Of a stretch of 64,000 nt of DNA, positions 28,070 to 41,430 are shown piece after piece. The notes under the pieces were generated by a model. It saw only the letters and a list, made by a program, of their open reading frames with translations, had not been told where the DNA came from and did not search any database. This stretch comes from the human T2T-CHM13v2.0 reference genome, Homo sapiens, in NCBI RefSeq assembly GCF_009914755.1, contig NC_060942.1. One strand, given 5' to 3'. The position numbers and the translations under genes are program-made. How positions within the stretch are numbered: position 1 is the stretch's first letter; the number at the start of each line of letters is the position of its first letter.

Positions 28070-29184
28070 AAATCAGAGGTAAATAAGTTAAAAACCAAGC
28101 ATTGAGCAATAGTGAATATATGTGCTATGTATATATAACCCCAGCGGATATATCAATATTTAAGTATATGAGAGTCAAGACAAAAACAGATATCAAAATA
28201 TAAATGTCCATTGAAATATTGTAAAGAAATATTAGAGAATAATGACCTGAAAAAGTCATGTTCTTAAAATTGTTTAATGAGTGCTAATTAAAATAATGTA
28301 TCTAGAACAAAAAAAATCCATTATGTTATTAAACATGACTATTCAGTCATGAAGTTTATAAAAATTTCTGAAAGCATTGTGAATGCTATTACTGAAGAAC
28401 TTGAAGGCAAAGAACACTAGTTGTAATATAAGTTACTGAAATACTTTGTACAAAAGTATTGATACACTAGCAAAAAATGCAAACAAATAATTAAGTTTGG
28501 TAGAATAACAATAGTGTAATATATGTATAACACATTTAGAAAGTTATTGTATTTTAAGTTCATAAAATATATCATGCAAGTATATTTCTTAGGTTCCCTT
28601 GGTGGGAATACTGACAAAACTATTGCACTTCCTGTGATGCCAGAAGTCATCATAAAATTCCATCTGAATCAGCTACCAATTTTTAAGAAGGCGACTACTA
28701 GTACTACCATCCATATGACTATCTAAATTAAGTAGCTCTTTACACATTTAAGAATAATATTAGCCTAATTTCATCCTTAATATCTTGAATTTATGACAGA
28801 ACATGAAGAACCACTATTGTCCACAGTTAAGTTAATAAAATTTTTTAGCTATATTTTTCATGATCTAGAGCCACTCCTAATGTTAAAAGTTCTTAAAAAC
28901 TGAATATTAGACTGCCACTTGATATACTACACAAGAAGGAAAATATTTGATTTCAAGTTTCCTCTAAACATATTCAGAAATAAGAGAAAATGATCTCAGT
29001 TAAAGATATTTATTGTTATCTCAAGTAGCAACAACTCAAAAATAATTTAATGTAAGATGAAAAGTTGTGTACTCCTCCCCACTACAAATTAAAAGATTCA
29101 ATAACTAAAGCCTGCATGCTTTTCTCATATGTTGTTCAAATAAACTAACACGCTGCTACACCTTTTTATCTTTATTTTCAGCTT

Positions 29185-29802
29185 ATATTACTGCAGCACT
29201 ATTCATAATAGCCAAGATTTGAAAATAACCCAAGTGCCCATCAACAGATGAATGAATAAAGAAAATGTGGCACATATACACAGTGGAGCACTATTCAGCC
29301 ACAAAAAATGGGGTCCTATCATGTGCAACAATGTGGTTGGAACTAGAGGTCATTATGTTAAATGAAATAGGCCAGGCACAGACAAACTTTGCATGTTCTC
29401 ACTTATTTGAAGGAGCTAAAAATTAAAACAACTAAACTCATGGAGAGAGGTAGAAGAATGGTTACCAGAGCCTGGGAAGGGTAGTTGGGGAGGAGGGTGG
29501 AGGGGACATGGAGAGAGATAATGGGTACCAAGAGAAATTGGCATAGTGAATAAGACCTAGTAGTTGTTAACACTATGAGGTGACTATAGTAAAAAAATAA
29601 ATTATACATTAAATAATAACTAAAAGAGGATAATTGTATTATTTGTAACACAAAGAATTAATGCTTGAGGAGATGTATACCCCATCTACCCTGATGTGAT
29701 TATTAGGCATTGTAGGCCTATGTCAAAATACCTCATGTAATCCATAAGTATATACACCTACTATATACTCAAAAAAATTAAAATTAAAAAAGAAAGAAAA
29801 AA
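29185..29802 (+). mobile_element. L1MA-type 3' end
   Basis: GCAGCACTATTCATAATAGCCAAGAT...CATCAACAGATGAATG...TACCCTGATGTGATTATT and an A-rich tail. Confidence 0.9.
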
Positions 29803-30078
29803 ATCAAGCTAGAATGGAGTGAAATAGCTGCTAAAATCATTGACAAATGAAAGTATACTAAAATTAAAAAGGATTAAATATCAGATCAAAATTTTTAAAA
29901 AGCCTCAAAAATCATCTCCTATGTTTACAATTACTAAGAACCAGATTCCAGTAATAGATAACATATATGTATAAATTTGATAGGTGAGATTATATTTTAT
30001 TTCTTGCATTTTACTTTCAATAGGTCAAAGCATTTTCTTTTTCAAAAAGTACACATCTTAAAATGAGACTTTTGATGC

Positions 30079-30166
30079 AATGTTTGATACAGTTGAATGA
30101 ATATTCTGCTTCAAACCCGGACATGTAGGTTTGAAGCAGAATATTCATTCAACTGTATCAAACATT
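30079..30166. repeat. Perfect inverted repeat, 39-bp arms with 10-nt spacer
   Basis: 30079-30117 AATGTTTGATACAGTTGAATGAATATTCTGCTTCAAACC is the exact reverse complement of 30128-30166. Confidence 0.97.
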
Positions 30167-30213
30167 TAATCAAACAACTCCAGAATTTATTAACAGGTTA
30201 TATTAGTTATTAG

Positions 30214-30697
30214 GTATATTAGTTATCCTATTGCTGCTGCAAAAAATTGCTTCAGATTTGGTGGCCTAAAACAACACAAAATTATTATCTTACGGTTCTT
30301 GAGGTTAGAAGTCAAAACTGGGTCTCACTGGGCTAAAATCTTGGTGTTGGCATAAAGGCGAATTCCGGAGGCTTAATGGGAGAACCTGTTTCCTTGAACT
30401 TTCTAGGTACTAGAAGTTGTGGGTATTCCTTAGCTTACGAACCAACCAGCCTTCACAGCACCCTGAACTATCTGCTTCTGTCTTCACATTGCCTTCTCAG
30501 ACTCTGACTCACATGTTTCTCTATTTCATTTATAAAGACCCTTATAATTATATGAGACTCACCCAGATAAACCAGATAATCTCCCCATATCAAGATCCTT
30601 AGGTAATCAGATTTCAAAGTACTGTTTTCCATGTAAAGTAAAGTATTTTCAGGTTCCAAGGATTAGGACATGTACATCTTTGGGAACCATTACCTGT
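30214..30697 (-). mobile_element. MLT1C/D-like MaLR LTR
   Basis: TATTAGTTATCCTATTGCTGCT...GGGTCTCACTGGGCTAAAATC...GGATTAGGACATGTACATCTTTGGG. Confidence 0.82.
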
Positions 30698-32379
30698 GGT
30701 AGAAGTTTGAATAGATTCCTTTATCATTCTGAGATGTGAATATGGGGTGTTAGTATAAACGTAAGGTTGTTTTTGGGATTGAATGAAATAATGTGTTAAA
30801 AAGTGCCTTTAAATTATGCACCAGCACACAAATGCTTTTCATCGTGATTGTCATCGGGGAATTGAAAAACCATTTGTTATACAGTTAGCTTGAAACCAGA
30901 AACATTCTGCTTATAATCTATCTTAATTAATGAAGAGAAATAAAGTCTTGATTTTTATCTATTTATAAAGAATGTTTATGTATTGATGATAATTTTACCT
31001 AATATCAGAAGCAAAAGCAAAATGAAAAAAAAGGAACATTTTTTCCTGAAGTGCTCTGTGATTTTTTTTTTAAAGAGTATTGCTTAACTTTGTCCTTGAA
31101 CTTGGTGCTCTCTCTTATGTAAATGCATTTGTGCTGGATTTGATTTATGAGTCATTGATGGAAGCTATGCACTGTAACACACAACATCAAGGTAACATCT
31201 TCTTGCCTACTTAATTCACAAAGGAAATTTGAAACATAACATATGAACTCTAGATTCAAGGGCAGAAAAGACAGTAAGGTCCAACAGGAACTTATACCCT
31301 CATTTTCTAATTCCTGTTTCATCCTGAACATCACTATTTTTCCCTAGGAAGAAGTTATACATAATAATTTTTCCTTGATTTTCTCTGTTACAATGGTTAC
31401 TTTATTTTTTCATTACTTCTAGTGATAATTACAATTTTCATCACATTTTTATGTTTCTTAATATCTAACCATTCTAATTTTCAGTTTAGGATGACACGGT
31501 AACTTTCATCCTTTTTTATTTTCATTTTAGAAAGTATTGATTTCCTTATTTTTAAATCAAAAATATAATGTTGATTCAAAAAGCTTTTCATGGATTCCAA
31601 AATGTGTAAGTCCTTGAAAATTAGCTTTAAATTTTAGCAAACACACAAAATACACCATTTTATATATATATTATATATTTATATATATATTTGATGAATT
31701 TTATATATATATATATTTGATGAATACATGAGGCAATATTTGTAAATACCAGTGGAATATTGCACAATTTCTTTTTATTACAATTTTTCCAGTTAAAAAT
31801 GAAAACAATTAGATTTGGTATTATTAGTTTTATTTGATTTTTAGAAGGCAGTTTTTAGAGGGTATAGCATTAGGGAGATGAAAGCTTTTGTATTTCTCTG
31901 GGCTCTGCTGATATTATAAGGTTCTAGAAGCAGTGAGATGTGTTGGTGATAGGTCTTGAAAAGAATAAATATCACTTTGAGTGTTCATTTCCTCAAAGTC
32001 AAAAATATGTTGTATTGTGTTCTTCCTTATTTTTCTTTCAAGAAAATCATCATTTCCTCAGTTTGAAAGAGGGCTTTCTATGACAGACACTTCTCTTGGG
32101 TATTCAAACTTCTCAGTTTTGTCTTTATGTCTACAAATATCCCTATCTCAAACATCAGGATCCAATTCTGTTTTAATAAATGATCACAGGTTGCTACTCT
32201 GTGCCTCTAAGTAACTATGCAACTTAATAAGCCAAATAATCAGGTCCTGGGCCCAATTATGCACCTATAGTGATCCCTCGGGTCAGCACACACAGACACA
32301 TGCAAAACTGTTTCTCTTGTTTGTTTGTTTGTTTGAGAAGAGGTTTGAGCTGAGGGTTCAACTTGCTAAATATCTACAA

Positions 32380-32530
32380 TCTATCCTTTCCTTCCTTCCT
32401 CCCTTTCTTCACCTTCCTTTTCCCCCTCCCTCCCTTCGTTCTGTCTTCCTGCCTTCCATCCTTCCCTCCTCCCTCTCTCATTTCCTCCCTCCCTCTTTCC
32501 CTCTCTCCCTTTCTTTCTTACTTCCTTTCC
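32380..32530 (+). repeat. CT-rich low-complexity tract
   Basis: Direct reading (cttc/ccct units). Confidence 0.85.
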
Positions 32531-32929
32531 ATGGTCAATTGATCTTCTTATACCCTACTATCTAGTAACATACCATGCCACAATAAAGGTAAATGTGAAT
32601 AATTGTGATGGCACCATGTCATACAGACAACAAGTGTCACATTTGCACTCAGAAAGGAAGTCTTCAACGAGCTCATTAAATATGTAAGTAACCCAATACA
32701 GGAATCTGCTTCATGGGGCATTTATATGCAGTATACAAACCTCCATATAGCATTGATCTCTTGAAATACATTTTCCTAGTTTTGCATTAAGGATTATGCA
32801 ACCCACAGACAATGAGTGAGAACTGTGTTCTATTTTTCCGTTACAAGAAAAGTTTGTAAAATATTGGTATATTTTCTCATTAAATTATTCTTAGACTTCA
32901 GCATCGCAGTGATATTTTTTGGTGGATTA

Positions 32930-35600
32930 TTTTTGTGGGATGGAGTTTAATGTCAAATTCAAGTTCTATAACTTTTTATCAAATATTTTAAATTTTATTT
33001 ATATACTTTTTAAGTTTTATAATGATGTACTTTTGGATAAATGCATCAATTTTATCCAATTTGTCAGATTTATTAATGTAAACTTGTGCTGCACATCTTC
33101 AGAAGTCTGTATGCCTATAAAATCTGTTTTGATGTTCCCTTTTTCATTCTTATTTTAGGAATTTGTGTTTTCTCGACTTAGCTTTCTTTTCAGTGCTGGG
33201 CGGGTATTATCAACATAATATTTTCAAACAACTGATTTTTGATTTGATTTGCCCCAGTGTATGGTTGCTTTCTATTTCTGTTCATATCATTGCTACTTTA
33301 TTTCTAAGATCTGATATCTGTTTTTCTTTTTCTTATTAAGGTGAAGTTTTAAATCACTGATTCCCCAACTCTCTTTTTCCTAATATGTGCCTTTAAGTTC
33401 ATACATGTTTCTCATCTTTAGCTGCATGTAACAAATTTTTATATGTTGTATTTCCATCAATATTTAGTTCAAAATGTTTTCTAATTTTAGTTTAACTCTT
33501 TTTTGACTCATAAATGACTTGGAAGTGTTTTACTTAATGTCCATGTGGTTGGAGCCTCTCTAGGTCTGTTGTTATTTAAGATTTTCACCTTACTTCTGTT
33601 CTAATCAGGAACATACTGTAAGGAGTTTTCCATAGACTGTTATAATGTCAATTTTGAACAATTTCACATGGCTTTGGAAAGTTTATAAGTCTGTTTGCTA
33701 ACTACAAAGGCTTTTAAACTCACTCACGTCAACCTCTGTGATTCCAGTGTTCTATATTCTTATTAAAATTGTGTGTATTATTATAAGTAGACTAAATTAT
33801 CCTATGTGATTAAGGATTTTTCTTACTCTCAGTTCAGACGATTGTTATTTTTAGTTTACAATTTCAAGAGTGATATTAAAAATCTATACATGTAGGATTG
33901 GGATGACTTTCTGTAAAATTGGCACTTTTATCATCATAGCATACCCATCCTTATTCCTAATAATACTTATAAAATAGATTGACCTTTACAATTTTGATAT
34001 TGTAGCAATATATGTTCCTTTGGCTATTGTGTGCATTTTTTCCATTTATTTTCATTTTACCTTCAGCCTTTTTTGGACTTAATAGTTTTATTGAGTATAT
34101 TTGCCATACATGAAATTAATATATTTAAAGCATATAGTTTAATGACTGCTAAAATGTGTACAACTATCATCTAAATCAAGACACTGAGCTTTTTTTTCAC
34201 CATTAAAAATTGTGCTTTCTAGCTCAAACCGTTTTCCAGAGGTAACCATTATCCTAGTTTCTATCACTATAGGTATTTTTCTTGTAGATAATGATCATGT
34301 AAATAAATGCCAGAAAACAGTATGTACTTGCATATTTCTGGCTTATTCCTATCAATATGTTTCTGATACTCTATTTTGTGTATATCAGTTGTTCCTTCAT
34401 GTTTGTATGAGTAGAATGCAGTGAAATAATAGACATTTGGGTTATTTTCAGTTTTGAGCTATTGCAAAAAATTTGCTATTACCACACTTGTTAAGATTTG
34501 TGTGTACATGTTTTCATTTCTCCTGATTAAATACCTAAAAGTTTACTTAAATATCATCGAGAAAGTATATGTTGAACTTTAAAAAAAACTATCTAAGGGG
34601 ATTCCATTGCACTATTTATATGTTTACTGGACCTATTCTATCCCTCTTATACGTATTTGGTATTGTCAGCCTGCTTAATATAATACATTAAAGTAGGCTG
34701 TGGGACCTTTTCATGGTGGTTTAATATATACCGCTCTGATGAATAATGATGCTGTCTATTGTCCATTCACACATTTTATTTTGGGAAGTGTATTATCAAG
34801 TAATTTGCCCATTTTTAATTGGGTTGTTTGTCTTTGTATTATTGATTTATTGAAGTGCCCTACTCCGAATATGGGTATATATTTTTGCCAATAGTTTCAG
34901 CCTTTAAAATGTGTATTTCTATTTTATTAATATAGTCATTTGGTGAGTAGAATGTTTGTGAGGAAGCCTAATTTTATTAACCATTTTTTCACTTTTCCAT
35001 TTATGACTAATGCTATATATTTTCTTTTTTTTCTTTTTCATTCTTCCTAAAAATTAGTTGCAAATCCCAAGTCCATAGAGATGTTTTATAGACTTCCATG
35101 TGTAAGGTTTATTGTTTTAGCTTTGAACTGTATGTTGTTTCTCAGTTATCTTCTGATGCTCTTTGATATCCAGTTTTTGCAATGCATGTGTTGAAAAAAA
35201 TTCTTTCCGATTGAATCATAACTCTCTGTCAAAAGTGTTTTATATATATATATTTATATTTTTTTATTGTGTTGCATTGGTCTGTCTATTCTTGCATCAA
35301 GAACATACTGTCTTAATTCTACAGTGTTACAGCAAGTGCAAGTCTTGAAATTATTTTATTTATTGTATTAGGTTACAACAATGAGGTAATACACCATTCT
35401 AGGTCCTCTGCATCTTCTTATATATTTTTATTATCTGCAGAATTTGAAATGTTTCTTTTTTCATTTTTCATTTCTATATTGGCAATGCATGTATTCACTC
35501 TTCATCTTCTTGATTAGTTCTTCTAGGGTTCTATGATTTTTATTAATTTCATCAAACAACACATTTTGGTTTTTAATTTTTCATTAGTTTATGTCTTTAA
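32930..35600 (-). mobile_element. Highly diverged L1M fragments
   Basis: T-rich L1 antisense motifs (TTTGCCCATTTTTAATTGGGTTGTTTGTC, ATTTGGGTTATTTTCAGTTTTGAGCTATT). Boundaries approximate. Confidence 0.6.
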
Positions 35601-35674
35601 TTTACTTCTCATATTATTCAATACATCTTTAATTTTATGTTATAGAGGATACATTTTTGTGGAAGAATATATCT

Positions 35675-35757
35675 TCATCAATTATAAAATGTGATTGATT
35701 TTATTATTAGTCATTAATTACAAAATGTGTTTGATTCTATTATCAGTCATTAATTAC
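35675..35757 (+). repeat. 36-bp tandem duplication (~2.3 copies)
   Basis: AATTATAAAATGTGATTGATTTTATTATTAGTCATT followed by AATTACAAAATGTGTTTGATTCTATTATCAGTCATT. Confidence 0.85.
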
Positions 35758-36242
35758 TTAATTTTCCTAAGAAACAGGTTACAATCTTTATATGGTTATG
35801 CCTTCAACAGGAAATATATATATTTTTAATTCTAGATCTGAAATCCACAATTATTTCATTTCAAACTCCACTATTTGTGATTTTCAATTCTGCTTTATTT
35901 TTGTAATGGTTGGCCCACATCTTCAAGTACATTTCAAAGAGACTTTATGAGTATTGAATTCCTGCATTAATTAAGAATATTTTCTGTTATCTTGACATGT
36001 CAATGATAATTGGTGTATTATCTCATTGTTGTAACCAAATATATTAACTTTCTAAAGTCAATGTAAATTATTTTAGTTAACTTTTTCACAACTACATAAC
36101 TATTTCTTATTCCTTAGTTGCTGCATGTTTATAATTGTTACTACTTGGATATTTCAGTCTTGATTATTTCTATTTGTTTTTCCTTGAACACATAAGCTTT
36201 TTATGTACATATTCAGAGGTCTACTTACAATGCATGTTTAAT

Positions 36243-36556
36243 ATTTTTAGTAGACTTTATGTTTAGAGAAGTTTTACATACACAAGAAAATGGAGCAGAA
36301 GGTAGAGAGATTTTTCAGGTAAACTTTGCCTCCACACATGCCTAACCTCTCCCATTATTAGCATCCCCATCCAGATAAGTACATTTGTTATAATTGGTGA
36401 ACCTACCTTGACACATCATTATTACCCAGAGTGCATAGTTTACTTTAGAGTTCACTTCTGGTGTCCAATCTAAAGGTTTGGATAAACATATAATAACATG
36501 TCTGCCATTTTACTATATTACAGAATAGTTTCTCTGTCCTAAAATACCTCTGTGCA
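36243..36556 (-). mobile_element. L1MC/L1MD-type 3' end
   Basis: TAGACTTTATGTTTAGAGAAGTTTTA...GGTGAACCTACCTTGACACATCATTATTACCCAGAGT motifs. Confidence 0.75.
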
Positions 36557-36690
36557 CCAAACAATGTATTTTCCTGGTGTTTTAATGTATTTATTGTTTC
36601 TATTTTATTTGTTCTGCTCACTTCTCTAAAATATCAATTGTTCTCAGGTTATTTTTCCTTACCTCCCTCTTCTACACTCTCAATGATACT

Positions 36691-37095
36691 TGTGGCAGAC
36701 AATGTTGATACTGTGCCCATAAATATGAGCACAGTATCGACATTTTTCAAGGCAGTGCAATGATAAATATGGGCACAGTGCCAACATTGTCCACCCTGAG
36801 TATCATTGAGAGGGGAGAAGTTTATCATTGACTGCATTATTCTACTGCAAGATCTCAACTCCTTTTCACTGGATGTGGCAACTTTAAAATATAACCACTA
36901 CTATACATTTTTTTTTCTGTAATATAAAGCTCATGCTGGCCCTTTGTAGGCCATTTTTTTCTGATGCCCCACCCTGAAATGACTTTCTCTACCCTTTCCT
37001 TTATCTGGTCTCCTCTGAGAACGCTTCCTTAATAAATCATTTGCACACAGAACCTCGTCTTAATATATGTTTCTGGGAAACCCCAATTAAGTTAA
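36691..37095 (+). mobile_element. Old ERVL LTR (LTR16-like), rearranged at its 5' end
   Basis: TGTGGCAGAC...TGCCCATA start and AATAAATCATTTGCACACAGAACCTCGTCT...TTCTGGGAAACCCCAATTAAG end. Confidence 0.5.
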
Positions 37096-37654
37096 TGCTT
37101 TTAAAATAAAAATCTATTTAAATATTTGTCCTTTTCTGTGTCCTTCTCCTTAGTATTCTATGCCATTTTCTTTAGTCTGCTCTTCATACCAAGCATCTAA
37201 CTTCATCTTTTAAAATGATATTTCTTAGTATTTCAAATGAGTTTTCTGTTTTATAATGTCTAACATCAATCTATTTCTTTAGAACTTCTATCTTCATTTT
37301 AATGTTTTAGTATTTATCATTTCTTCTTTGACTGATTTATCAGCTCTTCTTTGTGGAACTCTTATGTAAAAGTTTCTGCACTTAATACAATTATTGAGAC
37401 TGTATTTTCTCTAAAACATGTCACTTTTCAGGAATAGTTTTTATATCTTTCCCATTTTTATATCATGCTAATTCTTTATACTTTTTTTCCTTCTTGTTTT
37501 AGAGATATGGGATGTATTTCCCCACACCGGATGATTTCTGTTTACTATTTACTTTTGATTTGGAGTGTTTATATCTAGGGCTGTAACTTATACCCCAAAA
37601 AAGTATGGACAGAATTTCTTGTTTTTATCACATCCTTTTCATCTCATTAGTTGT

Positions 37655-37945
37655 ATGCTTTTGTTGAATTTTTTACCTTAAAGAATAATTTACAATAATG
37701 TGCTAAACTCGCAGCTATGAAAAACTTGGAGGGAATAGACCTGAGCTAACCCTGAAGTCATGTCCTTTGCATTATCATTTTTCATAGCTTATATGGTTTA
37801 ATCTCCTTCAAACAAAAGAAACCACATGGTGCAGTAGTGGGTCCACTTAATTTCTATGATCAATTATATTGAAAATAGGATATGAAGTTATATGTCAGAT
37901 CTTGCTGTCATTTCTTCACATCTGTACCAGTCTTTGTAATAAATC
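37655..37945 (+). repeat. Dispersed local duplication (copy of ~40224-40542) between 16-bp direct repeats
   Basis: Near-identical to 40224-40542; flanked by TCATCTCATTAGTTGT at 37639-37654 and 37946-37961. Confidence 0.93.
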
Positions 37946-37974
37946 TCATCTCATTAGTTGTTGGGTATTCACGT

Positions 37975-38472
37975 ACTAGAATTTTGAGGTCCAGAACTCA
38001 AGATACCCAACGCTAGACACATGTGAGTGACAGCAGTTTGTTAGTCACATAGACTCACAGCCCGGGGCAGGATACCATACATCAGACGGGGGCACATGGG
38101 AGCTGCATCCAGAGATAGAGTGAATGAACAATCAAGGGCAGTGGAGAGGCAGATTTTGTTATACCAAGAGGGTTATGTGAGCTCTGGTTCTTACACAAAG
38201 ATGAGATTGGCTTGTGCGAATAATTTCCTGAACTGACAGGCAACTGATACTTGGTTCTCAAGAATAAGCAGGAGGTATCCTCAAGGATAATCAGGAAGTA
38301 ATCAGGAAGGATAATCAAGTCCCTTTAATAAGGAGGATTGTTTGGCTCAAGGATTTTGTACACAGGGGTAGAGTGGGGAGGGTAATTTGTGGTTGGGTCA
38401 TTCAAGGTCCTCCTAATTTTACCAGATTTCAAGGCAGCACATAATACCTGGCCTTAATTTTAGGCCTCATAC
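37975..38472 (-). mobile_element. ERV LTR (MER70-like, tentative)
   Basis: Minus strand begins near TGAGGCCTAAAATTAAGGCCAGGTATTATGTGCTGCCTTGAAATCTGGTAAAATTAGGAGG. Family recalled, not verified. Confidence 0.5.
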
Positions 38473-38869
38473 ATCTCTGAAATGCTCTTTCATATAACCT
38501 GTTCAACAAATTGCAAATGTATCCCCTGTGAGTAGATCATTGGCAGCCATGGTACAGTCTGGCTTCATCACCGTCTCTTCACCCTCACTGAGGACCCAAA
38601 GCACCCTCCTCCCAGCTTTCTAAAGGCCATTTTCAGAGTAGATCTCATGTGCTCCTCAAATAGAAAAGGGAGTCTGGAGTTGTAATATGTGAAGAATTGA
38701 GGTGTGGTAGTCACACATTTATTGGAAGGTGAATGCTTCCCTACATCATCTTCTTCATACCTAAAATGCAGTTCTATTGATCAGTCTTATTTTTAAATTC
38801 TAAGTTTGTGTTTTGTCTTCTTTTCATAGCATTGCCAACTGCTTCATCTATGCTCATAGAAACCAGGGC

Positions 38870-39955
38870 CCACACTATATTTTCTCAATCTTTGGTGATC
38901 TGATCATGGCCTTAAATACCATTTGTATTTACTCTATAGACCTCTAAATATTACAATGCAAAAGCAAATGACCTTGAATCATTTCACCACTCATGAAATA
39001 CAGACTCATGCAAACAACTCATAGCCTCACAACTTCACATGATGTCTCACATATATTTAGCACTCAACATGCCCTAAACAAGTAGATTGCACCACAAAGT
39101 GGCTCCATCTTCAGTACTCTATCCTGGTAAATGGTGATTACATTCTTCTACTCCATCAGTGGGTGTGGGAGGAGTGGAAATTATTGTTTTTTTTCAAACA
39201 TTTTACTATCAAGCCATTGGCAAATCCTGAAAGCCTATTGACTCTACCTTTAAAATGTCTAAAATCTAATTTTTTCTTGCTGTCTCCTCCATTTTTACAC
39301 TAAACAAGATATTGTAATTATATACTGCTATTATGATCACATTGCAAGTGATAATTCTGTGTGTATAGTCTGTTATGTGCATAGTAGTTGGAGAAATCAT
39401 TTTAAACTGTACATCCAGTCAAATCATTCTTCAGTTCAAAACGCTCCTCTTACTCAGAATACAGTAAAGTTGCTACTGTGTTCTACAAGGATCTAAAATA
39501 TCCAGCCTGTGATAGTGTGCCCACCAGTGCCCCCAGAGAAAGCCACTGCAGCCACAATTGCCTGCTTCCGTTACCAATATTCCCCAAATGATCCCATTTT
39601 ATCAGCTTTGAACTTGTTTGTCCTTCTGCCTAGGATTCCCATCCTTATATGCCTCTCTCTTATTTCCACACTTTATCCTCATGTCTGATTAATGTTATCT
39701 CACGTTCACTCCACTCATCAAAAGCATCACCCATCGCCTGGCACTTCCTATCTAATTTCTCTGTCTTATTTTCTTCATTGTATTTATCACCACCTGATGC
39801 ACTGTACACTTCTTCGTTTTTAATATAAGTAGCATTCATGTAAAATGTAAGCTCTAAGGGAATCAAAGGATTCAATAGTTTTGTTCACTTTTTGTGTTCA
39901 TCAATAATGACACCTAATAGTGGCTCGATTCATTTGTTGAATAAATGATTGAAAG
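38870..39955 (+). mobile_element. L2 LINE 3' region
   Basis: TCAAAACGCTCC, GTTTGTCCTTCTGCCTAGGA, AAATGTAAGCTC and the terminal ATTTGTTGAATAAATGA motifs. Confidence 0.7.
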
Positions 39956-41254
39956 GATAAATGTATAATTACAACTAATTAATAAAATAACATTTCAGCT
40001 GATGCTTCTAAAGTATTTTCAGATGTATTTAATTTCTTTTGAGTACATTGAGAATACACCATATGTCATCTTCACACCTTAGCTTAAGGCAAATGTTTTT
40101 AAAATATATAACACAAAAAAGAAATTCAGCTAAGAAAAATTCTGAGTCACCATAGCTTCTAGGTTAACAGAGGTCAAAATGTTGATATTTTCTCAATTTC
40201 AGACAGTTTCCTCTCATTCTTGTATGCTGTCATTGAATTTTTTACCTTAAAGAAGAAAAAATTTACAATAATATACTAAACTCACAGCTATGAAAAACTT
40301 GGAGGGAATAGACCTGAGCTAACCCTGAAATCATGTCCTTTGCATTATCATTTTTCATAACTCATATGGTTTAATCCCCTTCAAACAAAAGAAACCACAT
40401 GGTGCATTAGTGGGTCCACTTAATTTCTATAATCAATTATATTGAAAATATGATATGAAGTTATATGTCAGATCTTGCTGTCATTTCTTTTCACCATTAA
40501 AATTGTTTGTGTTTCACATCTGTACCAGTCATTGTAATAAATTTTTAACAACATTTTCTTATATTTTCCCTTTGATATTGCATGAAAGTCCCTGTTAGCT
40601 CTTCTTAAATTATTGATAATTCTTAGGTTAACAGGTTTATACTTTCTGCTCTATTGCATTAAAAATGGATTTAAAGCATGTTGCAACATTAACTTAGAAT
40701 CATTATAGTTTACCCTCTATACTTTGCTCATTTGAATGTCCAAAACAGAAGATAACATGAAAAGAGATATGTATTTCTTTAGTTTAAAAAATAAAAAGGT
40801 GTTAGACATTGATTCAGGACTTTTCTGATGGCACTGAGGACTTATTACATGGGAATGTTCTAGTTCTTATCTATCCAGCTGGTGAGGTGGAACATTTTAA
40901 AAACATATATAATTTTAAAGTAGTATTTCTATTTTAAGTCATTTATCTTTCTGGAATGATAAATAGCAATATTCATATTATTTGTAGAGATGACCTCAAA
41001 ACTTCTCATTTCTTCATATGAAGTGAGTTTTATACACATATTTCATTTCTTAGAACTAACTTAAAGTGAAAAAAATTAAGAACAAAATGTTATTTCCAAC
41101 TACTTTTTTCCACAGTATTCCTTAATTTGTTTAATAAATATACATCACATTAGGTACAGAGAACTTTGTCATGTACTAAGAACACTCACACGACATTGTC
41201 TCTATTTTAATCTAATTACAGATGATGACTATTTGTAAAAAGAAAAAAAAAACT

Positions 41255-41430
41255 TCTAAGTTTCACATACATGATCTCATTAAATCATAACAAAAATACC
41301 TACTATTATTACCTTAATTGTATACCTAGAGAAACTGAGCCAAAGAGAAGTTAAGTAATACACTCAAATCAAACAGTTGGTAAGTGCAGAAGATGGAAAT
41401 AGATATTTGGCCAATTTTCAAGTCTCTTAA
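41255..41430 (-). mobile_element. MIR SINE
   Basis: Core AGAGAAACTGAGCCAAAGAGAAGTTAAGTAA. Confidence 0.7.
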
